The notes below the pieces were generated by a model. That model was given only the letters and a program-made list of their open reading frames with translations. It did not search any database and was not told the origin of the DNA. This document shows, one piece after another, positions 60,945 to 64,000 of a DNA stretch of 64,000 bases. The DNA is from Mobula hypostoma (taxonomy: Eukaryota): the NCBI RefSeq assembly GCF_963921235.1, contig NC_086108.1, positions 9,610,001 to 9,674,000 on the forward strand, in the 5' to 3' direction. The translations under genes and the position numbers were made by a program. Position 1 is the first letter of the stretch. Each line of letters opens with the position of its first letter.

Positions 60945-61595
60945 AAAAGCTTTTGGCACACTGGCCTTCATAAGTCAAAGTACTGAGAATGGGAGTTGGG
61001 ACGTTATGCTGAAGTTGTATAAGACATTGCTGAGGCCTAATTTGGAGTATTGTGAATAGTTTTGGTCACCTGCCTGCCGACAAGATGTAAGTAAGGTTGA
61101 AAGAGTACAGCAAAAATTTATAAGGATGTTGCCAGGTCTGGAGGACCTGAGTTATAAGGAAAGATTGATCAGGTTAGGACTTTATACCTTGGAATGTACA
61201 ATATTGGGAGGAGATTTGATAGAGGTATACAAAATAGAGGTATACACGAGGGGTATAGATAGGGTAAAGGCAAGCAGGCTTTTTCCACTGAGGCTGGGTG
61301 GGGCTACAACTAGAGGTCATGGGTTAAAGGTGAAAGGTGAAACGTTTAAGGGGATCATGAGTGGGAGCTTCTTCATGGAGAGGGTGGTGAGAATGTGGAA
61401 CCAGCTGTCAGTGCAAGTGGTGCATGAGAGGTAAATTTCGATGTTTCAGCGAAGTTTGGATAGGTACACGGTAGGGGTATGGAGAGCCATGGTCCAGGTG
61501 CAGGTCAATAGGAGCAGGTGGTTTAATTCGTTCAGTGCAAATTAGATGGGCCAAATAGCCTGTTTCTGTGCTGTACTTTTCTGTAACTCTATAAC
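60945..61595 (+). mobile_element. CR1 LINE 3' fragment
   Basis: [42 protein letters not shown]. Confidence 0.85.
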
Positions 61596-62589
61596 ATCGA
61601 TCAAAAACTAAGCAGTCAGGAATGCTGAGACCCAGTGTTTGTGTAAACAGTCCTGTGGCAAGCCGCTGAGCAGGGAGTGCAGTAGATGTGTGAGTAAATT
61701 GCTCAGTCCTTGCTGGGACTCCTTTGGGATAATGACTGTAATTGGACTTGATGCGAGGTTTGGCTACGCAACGCATACACCCACCCTCCCCTCCGCAGTA
61801 CGTCTTCACATCCCTGACAGAAGACAAAAAGAAAACCCTCCAATGTTCACAATACTTACTTGTCACCAGTTCATTTGTATTTAGAAAGGGGCGTGTTGAT
61901 GCTCTTGACAACGTTCAGCGTGTTAGACATTAACTCATCTGCTCTAATTTACCTGCTGTGTGCTGGAAACAGAGCTAACTTCATTTCCGAGTGTTAATCT
62001 CTCAGATTCAGTGACTTCCACTGAAACTCAGCCTGGTGGATTCTATCTGACTGTCGACCAGTTCCTCAGGACGATAACCTATATGTGCTTGCTGACGCTA
62101 TCTTATGTGTGCGAGGACTAGGCCTCAAGCCACAGTGTTGCCTGTTCACAGCTGCCAGGAGAGAGACACTGGAGACAGTGTGCTGCACTGGGGGCAGTGT
62201 GGCACAGTGTCCTGGTTGGTGCTGTTGCCCACACCCCCATGTGTTTGCTTGGCAGAAGGAAAGCTCTGTTGCTTCCGCCTGCAGATTTCGACGACGTTGG
62301 GCGGCTTAGGTTTGGTCTCTTTTATTGAGTGGCTGTACGTGTTATGTGTGCTTTGTGCTGTGTGTGACTGTTGGTACTGTGTTTTGTACCTTGACCCCGG
62401 AGTAACACTGTTTTGTTTGGCTGTGTCCATGGGTATTCATATAGGGTTGAATGACATCTAAACTTGAATTGAATTGATAAGGTGCACACTTCACCTCGTA
62501 ATCTACCTTGATTATGAACTTGCACCTTAACGTCTGCCTGCTGTGCACCTTCTCTGTAATTGTCAGAATCAGGTTTAATGTTACTGGTA

Positions 62590-63795
62590 TAACCATATAA
62601 CAATTACAGCACGGAAACAGGCCATCTTGGCCCTTCTAGTCTGTGCCAAACTCTTACTCTCACCTAGTCCCACTGACCTGCACTCAGCTCACAACCCTCC
62701 ATTCCTTTCCTGTCCATATATCTATCCAATTTAACTTTAAACGACAACATTGAACCTGCCTCAACCACTTCTGCTGGAAGCTCGTTCCACACAGCTACCA
62801 CTCTCTGACTAAAGAAGTTCCCCCTCATGTTACCCCTAAACTTTTGTCCTTTAGCTCTCAACTCATGTCCTCTTGTTTGAATCTCCCCCACTCTCAATGG
62901 AAAAAGCCTATCCACATCAACTCTATCAATCTCCCTCATAATTTTAAACACCTCTATCAAGTCCCCCCTCAACCTTCTACGCTCTAAAGAATAAAGACCT
63001 AACTTGTTCAAACTTTCTCTGTAACTTAGGAGATGAAACCCAGGCAATATTTTAGTAAACCTCCTCTGTACTCTCTCAATTTTATTGACATCTTTCCTAT
63101 AATTCGGTGACCAGAACTGTACACAATACTCCAAATTTGGCCTTACCAATGCCTTATACAATTTCAACATTACATCCCAACTCCTATACTCAATGCTCTG
63201 ATTAATAAAGGCGAGCAAACCAAAAGCTTTCTTCACCACCCTATCCACATGGGATTCCACCTTCAGGGAACTATGCACCATTATTCCTAGATCCCTCTGT
63301 TTTACAGCATTCTTCAATGCCCTACCATTTACCATGTATGTCCTGTTTTGATTAGTCCTACCAAAATGTAGCACCTCACATTTTTCAGCATTAAACTCCA
63401 TCTGCCATCTTTCAGCCCACTCTTCTAACTGGCCTAAATCTCTCTGCAATCTTTGAAAACCTACTTCATTATCCACAACTCCACCTATCTTAGTATCATC
63501 TGCATACTTACTAATCCAATTTACCACCCCATCATCCAGATCATTAATATATATTACAAACAATATTGGAGCCAGTACAGATCCCTGAGACACACCGCTA
63601 CACACCATCCTCCAATCTGACACACAGTTATCCACCACTACTCTCTGGCGTCTCCCATCTAGTCACTGCTGAATTCATTTTACTACTTTGATATTAATGC
63701 CTAACGATCGAACCTTCCTAACTAATCTTCTGTGTGGAACCTTGTCAAAGGCCTTACTGAAGTCCATATAGACAACATCCACCGCTTTACCCTTG
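62590..63795 (-). mobile_element. CR1 LINE RT 3' fragment (ORF 62664-63638)
   Basis: SQGSVLAP, YADD, LVRPNLEYC, RGDLIEVFK; (ttatatgg)n tail. Confidence 0.92.
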
Positions 63796-64000
63796 TATAT
63801 TTCTTAAAAATTTTTGTATTTGCAGTAGCAGTACATAATCATAGAGAAAAAATGTGAATTACAGTAAATATATATAGTTAAAAATATATATAAAATAGTT
63901 AAATTAAGTAAGAAGTGCAAAAAAATAGTGAGGTAGTGTTCATAGGTTCGTTGTCCATTCAGAAATCATATGTCAGAGGGGAAGAAGCTGTTGCTGAATC

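Overview
Eukaryotic, repeat-rich vertebrate DNA. The repeat content (CR1, V-SINE/HE1-like, Penelope-like, Rex1/Babar) suggests a cartilaginous fish; this is an inference. The one well-supported host gene is a 7-exon glia maturation factor gamma (GMFG-like) on the + strand. Its coding exons are 6062-6064, 14368-14464, 16952-17001, 17863-17912, 27279-27361, 28706-28779 and 34379-34450, giving 429 nt and 142 aa, with a polyA signal at 34573. Intron 4 is a minor-spliceosome (U12) intron with unusual AT-AG termini. It contains an antisense, ~530-codon Thr/Ser-rich tandem-repeat reading frame. Intron 6 is almost entirely C/A-skewed satellite. The most striking element is a decayed HERO-like RT + restriction-like-endonuclease retrotransposon (41430-45653) whose 3' end is duplicated at its 5' end. 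Both copies carry a near-canonical hammerhead ribozyme core whose three strands occur in a non-circularly permuted order. The rest is mostly nested transposon debris, micro/minisatellites and a few unique non-coding stretches. All family calls come from motif recognition by eye; no searches were run.
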